NCBI GenBank assembly: GCA_951406725.2
Contig: OX597816.1
Location: 120,342,001-120,406,000, forward strand
DNA from: Octopus vulgaris
Lineage: Eukaryota
Direction of reading: 5' to 3'
DNA: 64,000 nt
A program made the translations under genes and the position numbers. Shown piece by piece: positions 27,665 to 42,069 of the stretch (position 1 is its first letter; the number at the start of each line of letters is the position of its first letter). The notes under the pieces are model-generated. The model did not search any database, was not told the DNA's origin, and saw only the letters and a program-made list of their open reading frames with translations.

Positions 27665-30278
27665 CACAAAAAAAAACACACAGCGAAAAGGCCCCCTGGA
27701 TTGATAGAATATCTAAAGAACTGGACTCCTTAGAAGAGCAAAAGTGGGAGGGTGTCAAGGTAGAAGATATAAGATCTGCTCTCAGGAGGTCAAGCAAATG
27801 GAAGTCTCCAGGAAAGGATAATATCCCTAACTGTTGGTTGTGTGCCTTCCCAGAGAGCCATGAACTGCTAGCAGAACTTTACAATGATGTTTTGCAACAC
27901 CCTAATAGGATGCCTCCTTGGCTAGTTAATGGGTTAACATTCCTGCTTCCAAAAAGTGAAGAAACAAATGAACCCAAAAACTATAGACCCATAACCTGCT
28001 TAACAACTATGTATAAAACACTAACATCTGTCCTGACGGAATATACCTATAGTTTTTTGACAGACAGCAGCATATTCCCTAATGAACAGAAAGGATGTAA
28101 ACGTGGATCCTACGGTTGTAAAGATCAACTACTCATCAATAAGATGATCTTAGAAGATTGTCACAAACGACACAAAAACTTATCAATAGCCTGGATAGAC
28201 TATAAAAAGGCTTTTGATAGCCTACCACATAGCTGGATTAATAAATGCCTAGAAATGTATAAGATAGCACCTGCTCTGCGAAACATTTTGTCTGTAAGTA
28301 TGAGATCATGGAGAACCACACTAACTTTGAACAGTGACAATGAATCTCTAAATGCTGGTGATGTAAAAATTTCATGTGGCATTTTCCAGGGTGACTCACT
28401 ATCACCGCTCCTCTTCTGTTTAGCCTTAATACCTCTCTCAAAACTGCTCAATGACGCGCAGTACGGATATAAAATGTTTGATAAAAATATAAATCATCTC
28501 ATTTACATGGATGATTTAAAGCTCTTTGCAAAAAATGACCAACAACTCAAGGGCTTACTAGCGATTGTCAAACAATTCAGTGATGACATCAGAATGCAAT
28601 TTGGCCTCGATAAATGCGCAAAAGCTACCTTTATCAAAGGAAAAATGACAGAAACATCTAACGTTAACCTTGACCAGCAGAATGTCATAAAAGAATTAGA
28701 CCCAGCAGAGAACTACAAGTATCTAGGGGTAATTGAAGGAGAAGGAATAAGGCATTCAGAGATGAAGGAAAGGATCAAGGAGAGAATGCTATCGCAGAGT
28801 AAGAGCAATACTCAAGACAGAGCTGAATGCGAGAAACAGGATCAATGCATTAGCCATACCAGTCGTGACTTACAGTTTCAGTATCGTTAACTGGTCAATT
28901 ACTGAAATATGTAATCTTGACAGAAAAATACGAAAACTGTTGACAATGCATAGAATGCACCACCCTAAGGCAGATACAGAACGACTTTATCTGCCAAGAA
29001 AAGAGGGAGGCCGCGGACTTTTACAACTGGCAATAACAATGAAGATTGCTACAATTGGCCTAGACACCTACCTGAAAAACTCTGAGGACTGGATGTTAAA
29101 ACTTGTCTCAAAACATGAAAACAAGAAAGCATCATACTCAGTAACAAAACAGGCAAAGGAATATCTAAGTGAATTCCGAATACAACAAATTTCGGAATTA
29201 GAGATAGACATACAAGAAACAAGCACAGAAAAAGCTAAGCGCATGAAAACCCGTGCTAAATCGGCGGCCTTAGATATTCTGAATGATAAATGGCAAGAAA
29301 AACCTCTCTATGGCAAATACCCATAGAGAGCAAATAATGCAGATGTTGACAAAGCCCCGACCCATCAATGGCTAATGGCCTCTGGCTTAAAATCTGAAAC
29401 AGAGGGGTTTATCATAGCAGCTCAAGATCAATGCCTACCAACAAGAAACTACCAGGCCAACATATTAAAGATCAGAAGAAGTCCAACGTGTCGTGTATGC
29501 AAGCAACAAAATGAAACCATTGACCATGTGGTCTCCAAGTGCAGTCTTCTAGCGCCTACAGAGTATCTCAACAGGCACGATAGAGCTGCACAATATATTC
29601 ACTGGGTAATCTGTAAAAACCTGGATTTGCCCCATGAAAAAAACTGGTGGGAACACAAACCACCCCCAGTGCTTGAAAATGACCACATCTCACTCCTCTG
29701 GAACTTCGCCATTCAAACTGACAGAAAGATAGATGCAAATAGGCCAGACATCATATTGAAAGACTTCAAACAAAGAACATGCCTCCTCATTGATATGACT
29801 GTCCCAATCGATATAAACGTATCTGTCAAGACCTACCAAAAAACTGAGCAAATATAAAGATCTTGAAATAGAAATCAGCAAAATGTGGAAGCTGAAGACT
29901 AAAACAATACCTGTTGTCATAGGTGCCCTGGGAATGATAGCAAAAGGGGCAGATAGCTACCTAACTCAGATACCAGGAAACCCAAAAATGGCAGAAATTC
30001 AAAAGATAGTGCTCATGGGAACTGCTCATATCCTACGCAAAATACTTTCTATGTAATCTCAAGGTTTAAAACAAACATAATTTTCGGTTTAAAAAAAAAA
30101 AAAAAAAAATTTTTTTATTATTTTTTTTTAGACATTCATTAGTACAACACCCCACCCCCCAAATATATGGCACACTAGGCATAACAACAACATGAACTTC
30201 CAACCCTGTTGTCTCTTGAGGTCTCTGGGTGAGACTTGGAGCCAACTTGTACAAATATAAAGCAAAAGTCAAACATAG
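27660..30278 (+). mobile_element. 5'-truncated young R4/Dong element, family B (RT, CCHC, RLE)
   Basis: Contains NYRPITCL, WIDYKKAFDS, GIFQGDSLSPLLF, HLIYMDDLKLF, CRVCKQQNETIDHVVSKC and NRPDII..LIDMTVP; (TAA)n lies on both flanks. Confidence 0.96.
27838..30056 (+). pseudogene. Disrupted RT-RLE polyprotein ORF of the R4 family B copy
   Basis: ORFs 27838-28890, 28865-29326 and 29375-29857 join through frameshifts (~28790-28840 and ~29840) and an in-frame TAG at 29324-29326. The natural stop follows RKILSM at 30054-30056. Confidence 0.9.
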
Positions 30279-30319
30279 AATAATAATAATAATGATAATA
30301 ATAATAAAAATAATAATGA

Positions 30320-30845
30320 ATCCTCTGATGTAGTACCAGGCACTGACTTTCATGGCTTCTCATCTTAACCGATTGGAAGTGTTATCATGTACATGTTTTG
30401 TTTTGGTATCAAAAATGTGCTACAGCAAATATTCTGCTCAATACCACAAATTTGCTTCTTAGCTGCTTGACCTCAACCAGTTGAGTACGTCCCTTAGTGA
30501 CTGACAATATATGCATCTCTGATCACGAGCAAAAGTAGTAGGGGAGCATCATAGCCATGTGTTGAGAGGAAATTTTGGGGGTTTGAATAATTTACCTCTG
30601 GAAACATGGGTGTTTCGTTCAACATCCTTCAACAACTCTTAACCAGGGACCTTTTAAGCGGAATGGAATACTCGACCCGAAGAAAGAGTCATGCGCTGTT
30701 TATCCATGTCGCGCACACACGGTTGTGATCCATGTGCCATTTGTATCCTTATCAGATAGGTAGTCATGATGGGTATATTGGGCTTCATATATCTATACCC
30801 CAGTGTCACTTTGATGGTATGCGCTACTCTCTCACTTAATAATAA
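30320..30845 (+). mobile_element. Non-coding ~525 bp repeat flanked by (TAA)n; candidate non-autonomous retroposon
   Basis: Partial copies occur at 22842-23032, 26565-26683 and 45553-45583. It has a fixed 3' end CTCTCTCACTYAATAAT and no ORF. Confidence 0.65.
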
Positions 30846-31533
30846 CAATAACAACAACAGCAGCAACAACAACAACAATAATATAATTATTATTATTATT
30901 TATACCAAACATATATTCAGTATCTACAGATTTAGACCTATACTTTTTAATAATACGTTCATCTTCAATACTTAGTTTTTTGCCTATCACATTTGTATCT
31001 TAAATCGTCTTGATTTTATTTAGTTTAGTTAAAAAAGTTTGCTTAATGCATTTAGTTCTATCTAAATTTTAACTTTTATTATAATTCCTTTTAAGTTCCA
31101 ATTTATCTAATATTCATTTCTGGGAATTTTATTATTATTTTGATTCTTGTTATGGTATAAGTATCTTTATATCCAACTTCAAACAATGCATAGTTATAAT
31201 AATTTTGATTTTGTTTAAATACATCCTCATTAGCCGAAAGTCTCAAAATACAAGTAGATATATTTTTAATGATAGAATTTATTATACTTCTTAGATGATA
31301 AAAATTTTTATCTACGTGTCTTAAGCACTCATTTGGCTTATAATATGGTTGATTTAATTTATTACTTAAGACAAGAGTAACATCAAGGAAGTTAACCCCG
31401 TATTTCGAACGAATTTTTCTTTTTCATTAGAGAAAGGAAAAGTATATTTGCGCATGTATTTGAATAAAAGGCTTTTTCTTTCTTTATATTTTTGTTTCAA
31501 TCATCAATACATTTTTAGCTCATTTTCTCCCCC

Positions 31534-31586
<53 letters not shown>

Positions 31587-31683
31587 CATAAAAAGTCAGA
31601 AGGTATGAGAATGGCTATATTTGTTTAACCAATTGATATCTGTAGGATTACGGCCATTGTATGTATGTATAAACAAATAATAC

Positions 31684-31685
<2 letters not shown>

Positions 31686-31769
<84 letters not shown>

Positions 31770-31885
31770 GACTGTCCATCCATCCATCCATCCATCCATC
31801 CATCCATACATACATACATACATACATACATACATACATACATACATACATACATACATACATACATACATACATACATACATAC
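31686..31885. repeat. Compound (TATC)(CATC)(CATA) microsatellite
   Basis: Read directly from the sequence. Confidence 0.95.
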
Positions 31886-32329
31886 GTACTTACCTTTATA
31901 TGTTGCCATCAACTGTGGATCATCTAAAATGTGTTTTTGAACGTTTTCTGGAAAGAAAATGAGTATTTTAACTGATATTTAATATAGGGGGATAAAATAA
32001 ATCGAGAATACCATAACAACAACAATAAAATCTATACGATCGACATTGAAACTCATGCTGTGAAAAATCTCGTAGTTGGTCACTGGTACAAAATATTGAC
32101 ATTTTATAGAAAGTCTCTTGTACAAATATTTCAAAACCTATCGAAAGCCTGGTTGACATATCGAACTGGCTTGCCATAGCACGACCAAACGCACGAGCAA
32201 ATTTTGTAGTTTATTACGAAAACCTTCTCTTGGCGTAGAAATGTAGGCCCATATTCTGCCTTCGCAAACTATACACAAGTTGAATACCTGAATCAATTCG
32301 TCCAAGATAATTGCATTCTAACTATAAAG

Positions 32330-32960
32330 TCATTGATGCGTAGGCAGGTAGAAAGAATGGAGTGTGAGGAGGTACTGAACAACTTTTAACAAAAGCTGAG
32401 CTACTTGAAGCAGAAAGCATCGCAGAGACCTTGTAAGAGCACGGCTAGATAATAGAAAGGCATTCAATTCCATTTCCCACTCATAGTTACTGAAGTCACT
32501 ACAGCTGGCGAAAGTACTAGTTGCTTTAGTTGCTGTCATCGAAAAGCTCACAAAACCTGTAAATGAAAGTGGAATGATTGTCACTAATCTTATAAAGATT
32601 TTAACAGGGATATTCCTAGGTCACAGCTTGTCTGTGCTTCTGTTTATTTTGACCCCAAATCTACTGTAATTTCTTTTACGAAGATACGCTGATTATTTCC
32701 TGGGGTCTACACAGCAAGAGGCCCATATTACCCATAACTATTTCTTTGATGAGCTAAGCACGAAATATTTGCAATGCTGGAAATCAATTGGATTAATCAC
32801 ATTTCCTTCTGATATAAGGATGGAGTTTGGCCAAAAGAAATGTTCATATATAGTAAATGAACGTTGAAAACCTGCTCCACAAACATCAAACCTTTGCATT
32901 AATGGTTTCTGTATCTCCTCTATTCCACAAAACGGTTACTGTAAATACCTAAGAACTAAT
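32330..32960 (+). mobile_element. Highly decayed R4-like RT fragment
   Basis: Remnants LDNRKAFNSISH, GIFLGHSLSVLLF, FFDELS, DIRMEFGQKKC and YCKYL follow RT motif order. Confidence 0.55.
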
Positions 32961-33329
32961 ATCAGTTTCAGCACTTTCTATTGCCATCATCATATAAACC
33001 AGTTCGGTGTTCAGCTTTTTCCGGACCTGTTTCTCTTGGATGATGCTCTTACCGCCACTAGGGTTAGACTTAATTCACCTTGTCAACTTCTTTCTGCGAC
33101 CGTAGGGAACTTGTCTCCCTTGTCAGCTTATTAAGATAGTGCTTTTGTGGCCAGTGAGTCGGTTTGACTCTTATTTCTAACAATGCCGATACCACTTTGT
33201 ACCCTCTGTCACGTTGGTGACGTCTATCAATTTGCCTTTAGGATGTTAAATTGTTGATAAGCCATCCATGTTATCTATAGTTTTCATTTCTATCGTTTTT
33301 TAAATCAGCACGTTTTAGTGGTTTCCGTC

Positions 33330-33660
33330 ATTAGAATCCAGTCATGCTGGGGCACTACCTTGAAGGTTTTGGTGTAACGAATCGCTCCTAGTACTTAATT
33401 TTTAAGCCTGTTACTTATTCTATCGAGTTATTCTTGCCGAACCACTAACTTACGGAGACGTTAACAAACCAACACTAGTTGTCAAGCAGTGGTGAAAGAT
33501 AAACTCAAAGACACACGCACGCACATAGATATATACATATATACATAAAAGACGGGCTTTCAGTTTCCGTCTACCAAATCCCCTCGCAAGGCTTTGGTTG
33601 ACCCGGGACTATAGTACAAGGTTACACGCAGTGAGACTGAAGCCGGAACTATGTAAAACC
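33330..33660 (-). mobile_element. SINE family 2
   Basis: Shares CAGTTTCCGTCTACCAAATCC..CAAGGCTTTGG..ACGCAGTG.GACTGAA with 48177-48331. Confidence 0.75.
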
Positions 33661-33920
33661 ACGCCTTTATGACAAACTGAACAACACTCAGCATAACTGA
33701 TATAGAATAAATTCATGTAATTTTACTCGGATAAACAACAGCTATTACATTATTCGATTTGATGGAGGGATATCGATATTTTTGTGACATTAAGTGACTG
33801 TACTACATTCTTGTATGTGTATCTATTTAAGTGTGTTTCTCTATATGTATTTCTTTATAAATGTATACATACATACATGCACACACACACATATATGTAT
33901 GTAAATAAGTATATATGTGT

Positions 33921-34228
33921 GAAAGCGCATGGCTCAGTGGTTAGAGCGTAGAGCTTACGATCGTGAGGTTGTGAGTTCGATTTTCGGGCCGGGCTGTGTT
34001 GTGCTCCTGAGCAAGACACTATTTCACGTTGCTCCAGTTAACTCAGCTGTAGAAATGAGTTGCGACATCACTGGTGGCAAGTTGTATCAGCCTTTGCCTT
34101 TCCCTTGGATAACATCAGTGGTGTGGAGAGGGGAGGCTGGTATGCAACAATCTTGTCCTGACTTGTGCCTCAGAGGGTAACTTTTGTGCAATCCCATGGT
34201 CATTCATGACCGAAGGGGGTCTCCTCCT
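33921..34228 (+). mobile_element. tRNA-derived SINE family 3 (CORE-like body)
   Basis: A box TGGCTCAGTGG, B box GAGTTCGATT, then TGTG.TCCTGAGCAAGACACT and a non-tRNA body. Confidence 0.75.
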
Positions 34229-34291
34229 ATGTATGTATGTGTGTATATGTATATGTGCATGTGTGTATATATATATATGTGTGTGTGTTTA

Positions 34292-34940
34292 TATCATTCA
34301 CTCACGGAAGTGGGGTGAATATATCCTTAAGGTCAACTTTTAATTACTCACGAGCAATTCTGGGCTTCGTCACTAATTCAGTTCTCAACCAAATTGAATG
34401 CGGTTCTTTAGCAATTATGGTCCAGTCTTCAGCTATAGTTTGAGATAAAATAATATAAATTTGGTTCAATAAAAAATGCTAGGTCAAAATATATAAGATT
34501 AAACATGGGAGAGTAAAATTGACTTTGAATCAAAATATGTCAGTTATTTAAAAAGAAATGTCAAGTTATTTGGGTTTAAGAGAATGAGCTCGTTGAGAAG
34601 AATCGTTTGGTGAAATCTTCATTAAAATGTATTTTGCTAGGAAAAAAGTAATGTTACTTTAAGTGACGATAAGTAACACCACGATTCACTTTGAATCAAA
34701 ATAGCTCAGCTATTGTTAAAGAAACCTATACAATAGTTGTGTTCAAATGAAAGAGCTCTATGAGATAAATCTTATGTATAAAATTTAGTCTAAAGATATT
34801 AGCTACTAAAAAAAAAGTCGTGTAGCTTTGAGTGACAAAAAAGTTGATCAATTTAAGAAATCAAAATATTCTTGTAATTTTAAGATACTTAACGTTATAA
34901 AAGAGGGTACATGATGAATTGGATTCCTTAGCTTAACGGT
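34292..34940. mobile_element. Unclassified ~620 bp dispersed repeat, copy 2
   Basis: Colinear with 23813-24422 and in the same orientation. Confidence 0.75.
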
Positions 34941-35839
34941 ACGGAATATTTTGCCAGAGTTTGAAAGGTACGAGACTAGATTCTATGTGACTTGCTTCCC
35001 CCTTTCTTTTCCATCTTCTAATAGTATTTAACCAATCTTCTAAGCTATTTTCACAGCTATTCTGGGTTCGATATTTACTCCAGGTAAAAGATCTTTGTGA
35101 GACGAATCTTATCGTGGAAACCTTGTCAAAATCTCTTAGCTACAAAAATGTTGTGTGGGTTTAGGTGACGTCAAAGTGATGAATTTAAAAAATCAAAATA
35201 GTTTTGCCTTTTAGGAGAAAAAGAATATTATTTGAGTGATTATTATTTGAATTACATATATTCTACATAAGTTTAGTGTTATAATATATCTGTGATTCAA
35301 AGCTTTTAGGTAATGAGCTTTCTTACGAAAATAATATAATGCGACAAGTGAGGCAGATATAAGACATTTTTCATCCTAATATATATATATATATATGCCC
35401 AGAATGAACGTAACTGCGAATATAATCGGCTGTACCGTTCGTCTTTGTTCGGCTTCGTGTGGATTTTGCCGTTCGGTTCAGCAACTTATATTTCTGATAT
35501 ACTTCACTGACGATTCGAAAATACTTATGTAAGTAAAACTACATAATCTATTAACGATGAACCAATTGTATGGAGTTAAACTATTTTTTCGTTATTTTTC
35601 GTTTGTCCTGCTCGCTTACATTCTTGGCGTGTTGAATTAATTCTTGAGAACAATTTTTTAGTGCTGGATTCCCTTTGCGGATCTATATCTAGCGTTAGAG
35701 TGACCACATGGTGGTCTCTCTCTTATTATTTGTATTAATAATTTTTAATGTATCCCAGTTTTTTTTTTATACGCTAGGCCACTTGGTGTTTTGAATTGAT
35801 GTTATTAATTAATATTCAATTTTTTTCACCCTTATTGTG

Positions 35840-35905
<66 letters not shown>

Positions 35906-35933
35906 TGTATACGTTTGAATATATGTATATAAA

Positions 35934-37374
35934 TATGCGACATGCGTTCAAAATGTGTCCTATCCTTGAGCATAAAGAAAACATTTTGTGCATATCACAA
36001 ATTTTATTTTATCACTTTCAAAATAATCCTCTTGGGACTTCACACACCTCTCCCAGTGGAGGTTCACCATCGCTTTCATCATAATTTCTTCTCGCGACTC
36101 CAACCGTTTCCCTTTCAGTGGGGTTTTCAATTTGAGGAAGAGGTAGAAGTCACACGGTGTCAAATGGAGAGAGTAGGGAGCCTGTCGAACAAGTGATGTG
36201 TTTTTCTTGACCAGGAAAGCTTTCATTATGCTGGAAGAATGAGCGAGCGCATTGTCGTGGTGAAATTGCCATTTCTTCGCTTCCCAGATGTCCGGCCTCC
36301 TTCGACGCAGATGATGACGAAGGCGACGTATAACCTTCAGGTAGTATTCCTTATTAATTGCTTGGCCTTGAGAAGCGTATCCATGGTGCAAAATACCACA
36401 GGTGTCAAAGAAACAGATCAACAGTCCCTTCAGATTGATGCGAATGTGTACTATTTCGGACATTGGTGATGACGGAGGCCTCCATTGGGTTGACTGGAAT
36501 TCTGGGTCTTAACCATAAACACATGTATCGTCACCAGTGATGATGGTCATGGTTTTTACAATCCAGCATGTCTTGAGCGATTTCCATGTAGAGTTGCTTC
36601 TGTTGCACTGCTAGCACTTCAGGGACGAATTTTGCCGACACCCTCCGCTGCTTGCATAAATCTTCCGTTAAAATGAAATGCACTGATCCTGAGCTTATTC
36701 CAACTTAGTGAATAATTTTCTGGATATGACCGTCTTCTATGAATATTCGCTGAACCTTCTCAATCGGCTCCTCGTTTCGGATTGTGGATGGTCTGACTGA
36801 GCATGCCTCGCTCTCCACTGAGGTGCGGCTATGTCTGAAGTGGTTGTAAAGGGTGCGGTCGAAATACCTCCCACATTTGAAAGGTTGACAAAAGGAAAAT
36901 GAAACAACACTTACGAAAAATTAATTTTACTGTTGTTTAAACAAAGAGTTACAGTTTTTGTTCATTAGCTAAATGAAAACATCATTTGCACTTGCATAAG
37001 TTCATTAGCAGCACATAGGTGAAAGTTTAAAATGTGGGAGGTATTTCTGCCGCAAACTGTACTATTCTTTGATCTGAATTTTAACCATGGCATCATCCCC
37101 AAAGGTTTGATTAATCTTCTGTATGGCTTGAGTTTGAGTATTGCCAAACTTGTGGCAAAACTTGATGCCATATTTCTGCTCGATGCATTCGGTGAAAACG
37201 AAAACCGGACGAACGCGCACTATATCTCTGTATTCTAAGCCTAACAGTCAGGAACTGACGCGGTCTACCGGCGTGAAATTTTGTACGCATGCGCAGGAAG
37301 GGTGTTTTCACCTTTCACCCAAAGGATTTTACCCACATAGGATAAAGTCAGATACTTTTTGAACGCATCTCATA
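35934..37374 (-). mobile_element. Mariner transposon (defective) with a nested MITE
   Basis: TIRs ATGCGTTCAAAA and TTTTGAACGCAT. ORF 35960-36463 has LICFFD, FHHDNALAH and APYSLHLTPCDFYLF. Confidence 0.9.
36847..37061. mobile_element. Tc1/mariner-type MITE nested in the mariner
   Basis: TIRs TGCGG..GAAATACCTCCCACATTT and AAATGTGGGAGGTATTTC..CCGCA, with TA on both sides. Confidence 0.85.
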
Positions 37375-37405
37375 TACATACATATATATACATATATACA
37401 TACGT

Positions 37406-37445
<40 letters not shown>

Positions 37446-37791
37446 CTTAATTTACAGGTTTCAACCATAGGACTGCAAACATGTGCCTAAATACAGCCTT
37501 CAAGCATCTTGGACGATCGTGTAAACCGTAATACTTATTTTATTCTGTAACTCATTTTATCGATTGTCAAATGGCAAATTTACCTTAGGAATTCTGTTGT
37601 GATGGTTTAACCTGCTAGAAAAAACATTAAGTTTGCAAATTATACATTACCTTAAGAAAGAAACTGTTGGATAATGCCGAAGGTTTATGCTTTACCTAAA
37701 AAGAGATGGATTCTCCTTGATCATAAGATGGAATATATTTGATTATAGACTATTTGATTTAGAACTGACTTGCATGCGAACACATGCACGT

Positions 37792-37838
<47 letters not shown>

Positions 37839-37844
37839 TGTATA

Positions 37845-39180
37845 TATGAAGGTCACACCGAAAGTAATGCAAAAGCAGGTATAACATTTTTATTAACGGG
37901 CAGAGATCGTTCTAATTGCTCTTGTTAGTGGAGTAAATGTTTCTCTCTATAAAGATACTAGTCAACGTAGTCTGCACCATAATCTATATATTTGCGCCAT
38001 CGTTGAACCCAACTCTCAAATCCTCATTGCTGTACTCACTCCCCAAGCTATATTCACTTCATCAGTATCATCAAATTATTGACCCTGAAAGTTGTTCTTT
38101 ATTGGACCGAAAAAGTGGAGGATGTCAGATGCAGGCTCTGTGATGGTTGGGGACCACTGACTAACCAAATTTTTCCGATTGCCAATTTGTTGCCAAAGAT
38201 GAGTCGTGTGTTGTCATGGTGGTTGTGGATAGTTTTCAGATTCTTTCATGGTATCTTCCTCCTTATGGCTTCTTTAAGTTCTTTTTCATAGTCTCAGTGT
38301 ATCAATTATTGTTCATGGTACAGCCACTTTCTAGTAAAATAAAGGAAAAACACTCTTGTCACCACGGAAAAACAGTCACTTTCTGCGTCGATGGTTACTT
38401 CTTGAATTTCATAGGCCTTGGAGAAGTGTGACGCAAATCCATGGACTCAACCTTCGTATCATAAAGATACATCTACGTTTCAGTACCTGTCACCAGATTG
38501 GAAAAAACTATGCCTTCATTGGCTTCAAACACTTCCAGCTAAACAGAGGAAACTTCCATTCTTCTTTTCTTCAAATCAGGCGTCAGTTGCCGAGATATCT
38601 ACTTTGCACATTCTTTTCAATACCTAAAGTCTTTCACCATCGTCTGTAACGCATTGTGATCAAGGTCCAGATGTGCAGCATTTTCATGGATTGTGATTCG
38701 TTTGTCTGCACGAATTAGTTCGTTTATTCGGTGGTGATTCATGTTAGTAATAGCAGTTGATGGTCACCTACTGCTTAGTTTGTCTTCAATGCTGGTTTCC
38801 ATTTATTTAAACTTCTTCATCCATCTTATTGTTTTTGGCACTGGTTTCATCTCCATAAGCAAGCTATTCCCTTCTGTGCAATTTGGACAGCTTACACCCT
38901 TCCTTCGTCAAGAACACAATCAGGGCATGATGTTTTTAATTGGAACCTACAATTACCTGCAAAGAAAGACAGGACGTGTTATTCTACCAACATGTGCAAT
39001 TTCAACGTAATTTTTCTCTTCAGGAAGAAAATGGTTATAGACAGACCTGAAGGTAGAAGGGCTACGGCATATCTAAAAATGCATAAGATACGCTGAATGG
39101 CACGACAGCACCCCTGCCATTTCATTAAAGCATTCAGGGCTCAATGCTAGCTAAGGCAAGGCACTTTTCATACAAATATA
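37845..39180 (-). mobile_element. Highly degenerate mariner
   Basis: Terminus TATGAAGGTCACACCGAAAGTAATGC; minus-strand remnants LVTGTET, QKVTVFPW and HDNTRL; length ~1.3 kb. Confidence 0.65.
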
Positions 39181-39449
39181 ACATACTATCAATTGTATAT
39201 TTTATATACCTAATTTATGTCATATTATTGTGACTATAACATATATAGTGTTTAAGCATAGAAGACTTTTCACATTAAAAATATAGATTTTTAAATATTT
39301 GCTTTATTCATGAATTAAAACACTCCTATCTCCATCACTATACGTATTAATATATTTATACTCTGTCTAACCTTTAATACTTTTAATGATTCCAGTAATT
39401 GGACTGTTATTTATAATTTATGGCAACTATATGCCATTGACTGGTACAT

Positions 39450-39485
<36 letters not shown>

Positions 39486-40779
39486 CATGTGCAAATCCTC
39501 CGTTAAAATGGAATGCGCTAACCCTTTGTTCATTCCCACTTTGTGAACAATATTTCATTCAACGTAAATTCGTGCGCCACTGATCAATTAATTCTTACTT
39601 CACTAAGCTTTGCGCACATTAGAAAATGTAATATTTACTGTTTTTATTTATAAGAACACCTTTTGTTAGAGTGCGATGAACGACTGATTCGATGTCTGTA
39701 ACACAGATGAAGCCTAACGGTGCAAAAACACATGCGCTCCACAGATCGAAGATGTCATTCATAGTCCAATGGTGTATTTTCGTACTTACTCTCTATAGGG
39801 AGAAGTTTCTTCTGGTTCAGCAGTGAAAAGTCTTCCTACGTTCACGTGTACAGGAACGTGTTAAATATGATTGTATACACACGCATATACACACACGCCG
39901 CAATACACGCTTTCATAAAAATATGTAGTCAGATATATGCCTGTAAGCGTGCATTTTTTGGCGCACGTTCTTTTATTATTGTATTTGTATGTATGTGCGT
40001 TTATATGAGTGCCCATGCATGTGTATGTGATGAATCATTCATAATATATGTGTCCCAACATAATTAATGCTCGCCTGTATTTGGCTTAAGGTGTTAACCT
40101 ATAGCTGACCTCAGGTAAGTCTTTCCGACTTCAAAATAAAAAGAATGGCATTTAAAATCTGTGAATGTCACTAGATGACATGTTTTTCCAGAACCTTTAC
40201 TTGTGTATTTGAAGAACTAAGAGACAGAAGCATTTTAGCTGAAACGCATAGATAATAGAACCAAACGTTGTTACTCTTATCTTTAGACTACACCAAAAAT
40301 CAAGCCACGTAAGCTCTAATTCTTCACATGTAACCTACATAGTCAAAACCTCACTACATCCAAAACAACTAGTCTACCGTTGCCATGATGAAAGCAGCAG
40401 TCATGTTATTATCGTCAAATACGCTAAGCAGACTAATCTTTCTCCTCTCTCCCTCTTTATATATACTACACTCTTTTTCACATCCTGTTTGTATTATACA
40501 TTAATATTCCTTCACACGGATTCATGTATGCTTTTCTTCTTATAGAAAATTATTTATTACTAAATATAAAATCTAAAATTAGAATAATCCACTCGATTAG
40601 GGAAATCAAATAAAAAGGAAACCTCACCAAACAGAAGCGAATTAGTTCTGTACTGATGATAAAAGATCTCAAGAAAGCACATCTCATTTCGAGTGAAAAC
40701 TACCAAAATTTCGCAAAATTTACAAGAGTTGCCCTCAAATGTGGTTTTCCAGCCAATGTTCATTGATAATAAAATAATG

Positions 40780-40992
40780 TTTTCAGCTCCAGGTACAAGG
40801 CCCAAAATTTTGGGGAAGGGGGCCAGTCGATTAGATCGACCCCAATACGCAACTGGTACTTAATTTATCGACCTCAAAAGGATGAAAGGCAAAGTCGACC
40901 TCGGCAGAATTTGAATTCAGAACGTAAAGACGAACGAAATGCTGCTATACATTTTGCCCAGGATGCCAGTGATTCTTTCAGCTCGCTGTCTT
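40780..40992 (-). mobile_element. SINE family 1
   Basis: Core match. Confidence 0.85.
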
Positions 40993-40993
40993 G

Positions 40994-41063
<70 letters not shown>

Positions 41064-41194
41064 TAAATAATGACGACGACGACAATGATGATGGTACTTT
41101 TAATAATGTGTGTGTTTCCGCGCGCGGATACGAGAGAAAGAGAGAGAGAAAGAGATAGACAGGTATACAGAGAATATGTGTGTGTGCGTGTGTG

Positions 41195-41200
41195 TGTGTT

Positions 41201-41233
<33 letters not shown>

Positions 41234-41244
41234 GAGAGACAGAG

Positions 41245-41275
<31 letters not shown>

Positions 41276-41288
41276 GATAAATAGATAG

Positions 41289-41340
<52 letters not shown>
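41195..41340. repeat. Compound (GA)n/(GATA)n microsatellite
   Basis: Read directly from the sequence. Confidence 0.9.
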
Positions 41341-41342
<2 letters not shown>

Positions 41343-42069
41343 AGAGAGTACAGTTTGAAATCTCAGCAAGAGAACAAGAACGATAGACTATATGCATTTT
41401 ATTAAAAGCTGTTTCTCGAGACACGTCAAGATGAAAAAACAGATCTAAAATTGCTGTGTATTAGTTTTAAATACGTAAATGAAAATAATTGATGTAATTC
41501 CACTCCCTATCTTTAGAAAGAAGCCTAAACACGACACGAGTTACTTATTTTCAGTTGTTCAATTGAAATGAAAACGAAATAATCTGAAATGTTAGATTTC
41601 AATAGGCATTCACAGTGTATCTGTTGTAGATAGTGTTGTAGTAAGAGAAATGATGTCAGAAGCAAAATTTATGATCTGGATCTCAGTTGAAGCAAGGAAA
41701 CCAGTATATTTGATGGTGATGTATAAAACAACAAATAACGGAGTGGAATGCAAAGCGGAGGGAATCTGTGGCGCATCCTAAATGGTATAACAGTTGAGTA
41801 ATGGTGAGCAGTTTTTAGTTTCACCCTACTGTCATCTGAAGTAAGGTTCTACCATATTCAGTTTTACTTTAAACCCAGTTAATCGGAAACGATAAAATAA
41901 ACAGCAGCAGTTACGCGCCGTCTTCTTTTTTGTAAGCATGTAACCTGCACTTAAATTTCATATCAAATGCTTTTTCCATTATGCAAACGGTCGTAAAAGG
42001 AAGAAGGCTTGCCGTCCCATTGCTTCAATATATTTGAAACTGATACAGATGACGTATACCCTTTTAGAT

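Noticed and set aside
33921-33995. tRNA gene
   Set aside because: A and B boxes are present, but acceptor pairing is poor and the sequence continues into a SINE body.
39700-40255. Two HHR-like strings (CAGATGAAGCC..AAAAC and TTGAAGA..TGAAACGC)
   Set aside because: The cores and stems are too degenerate to support.
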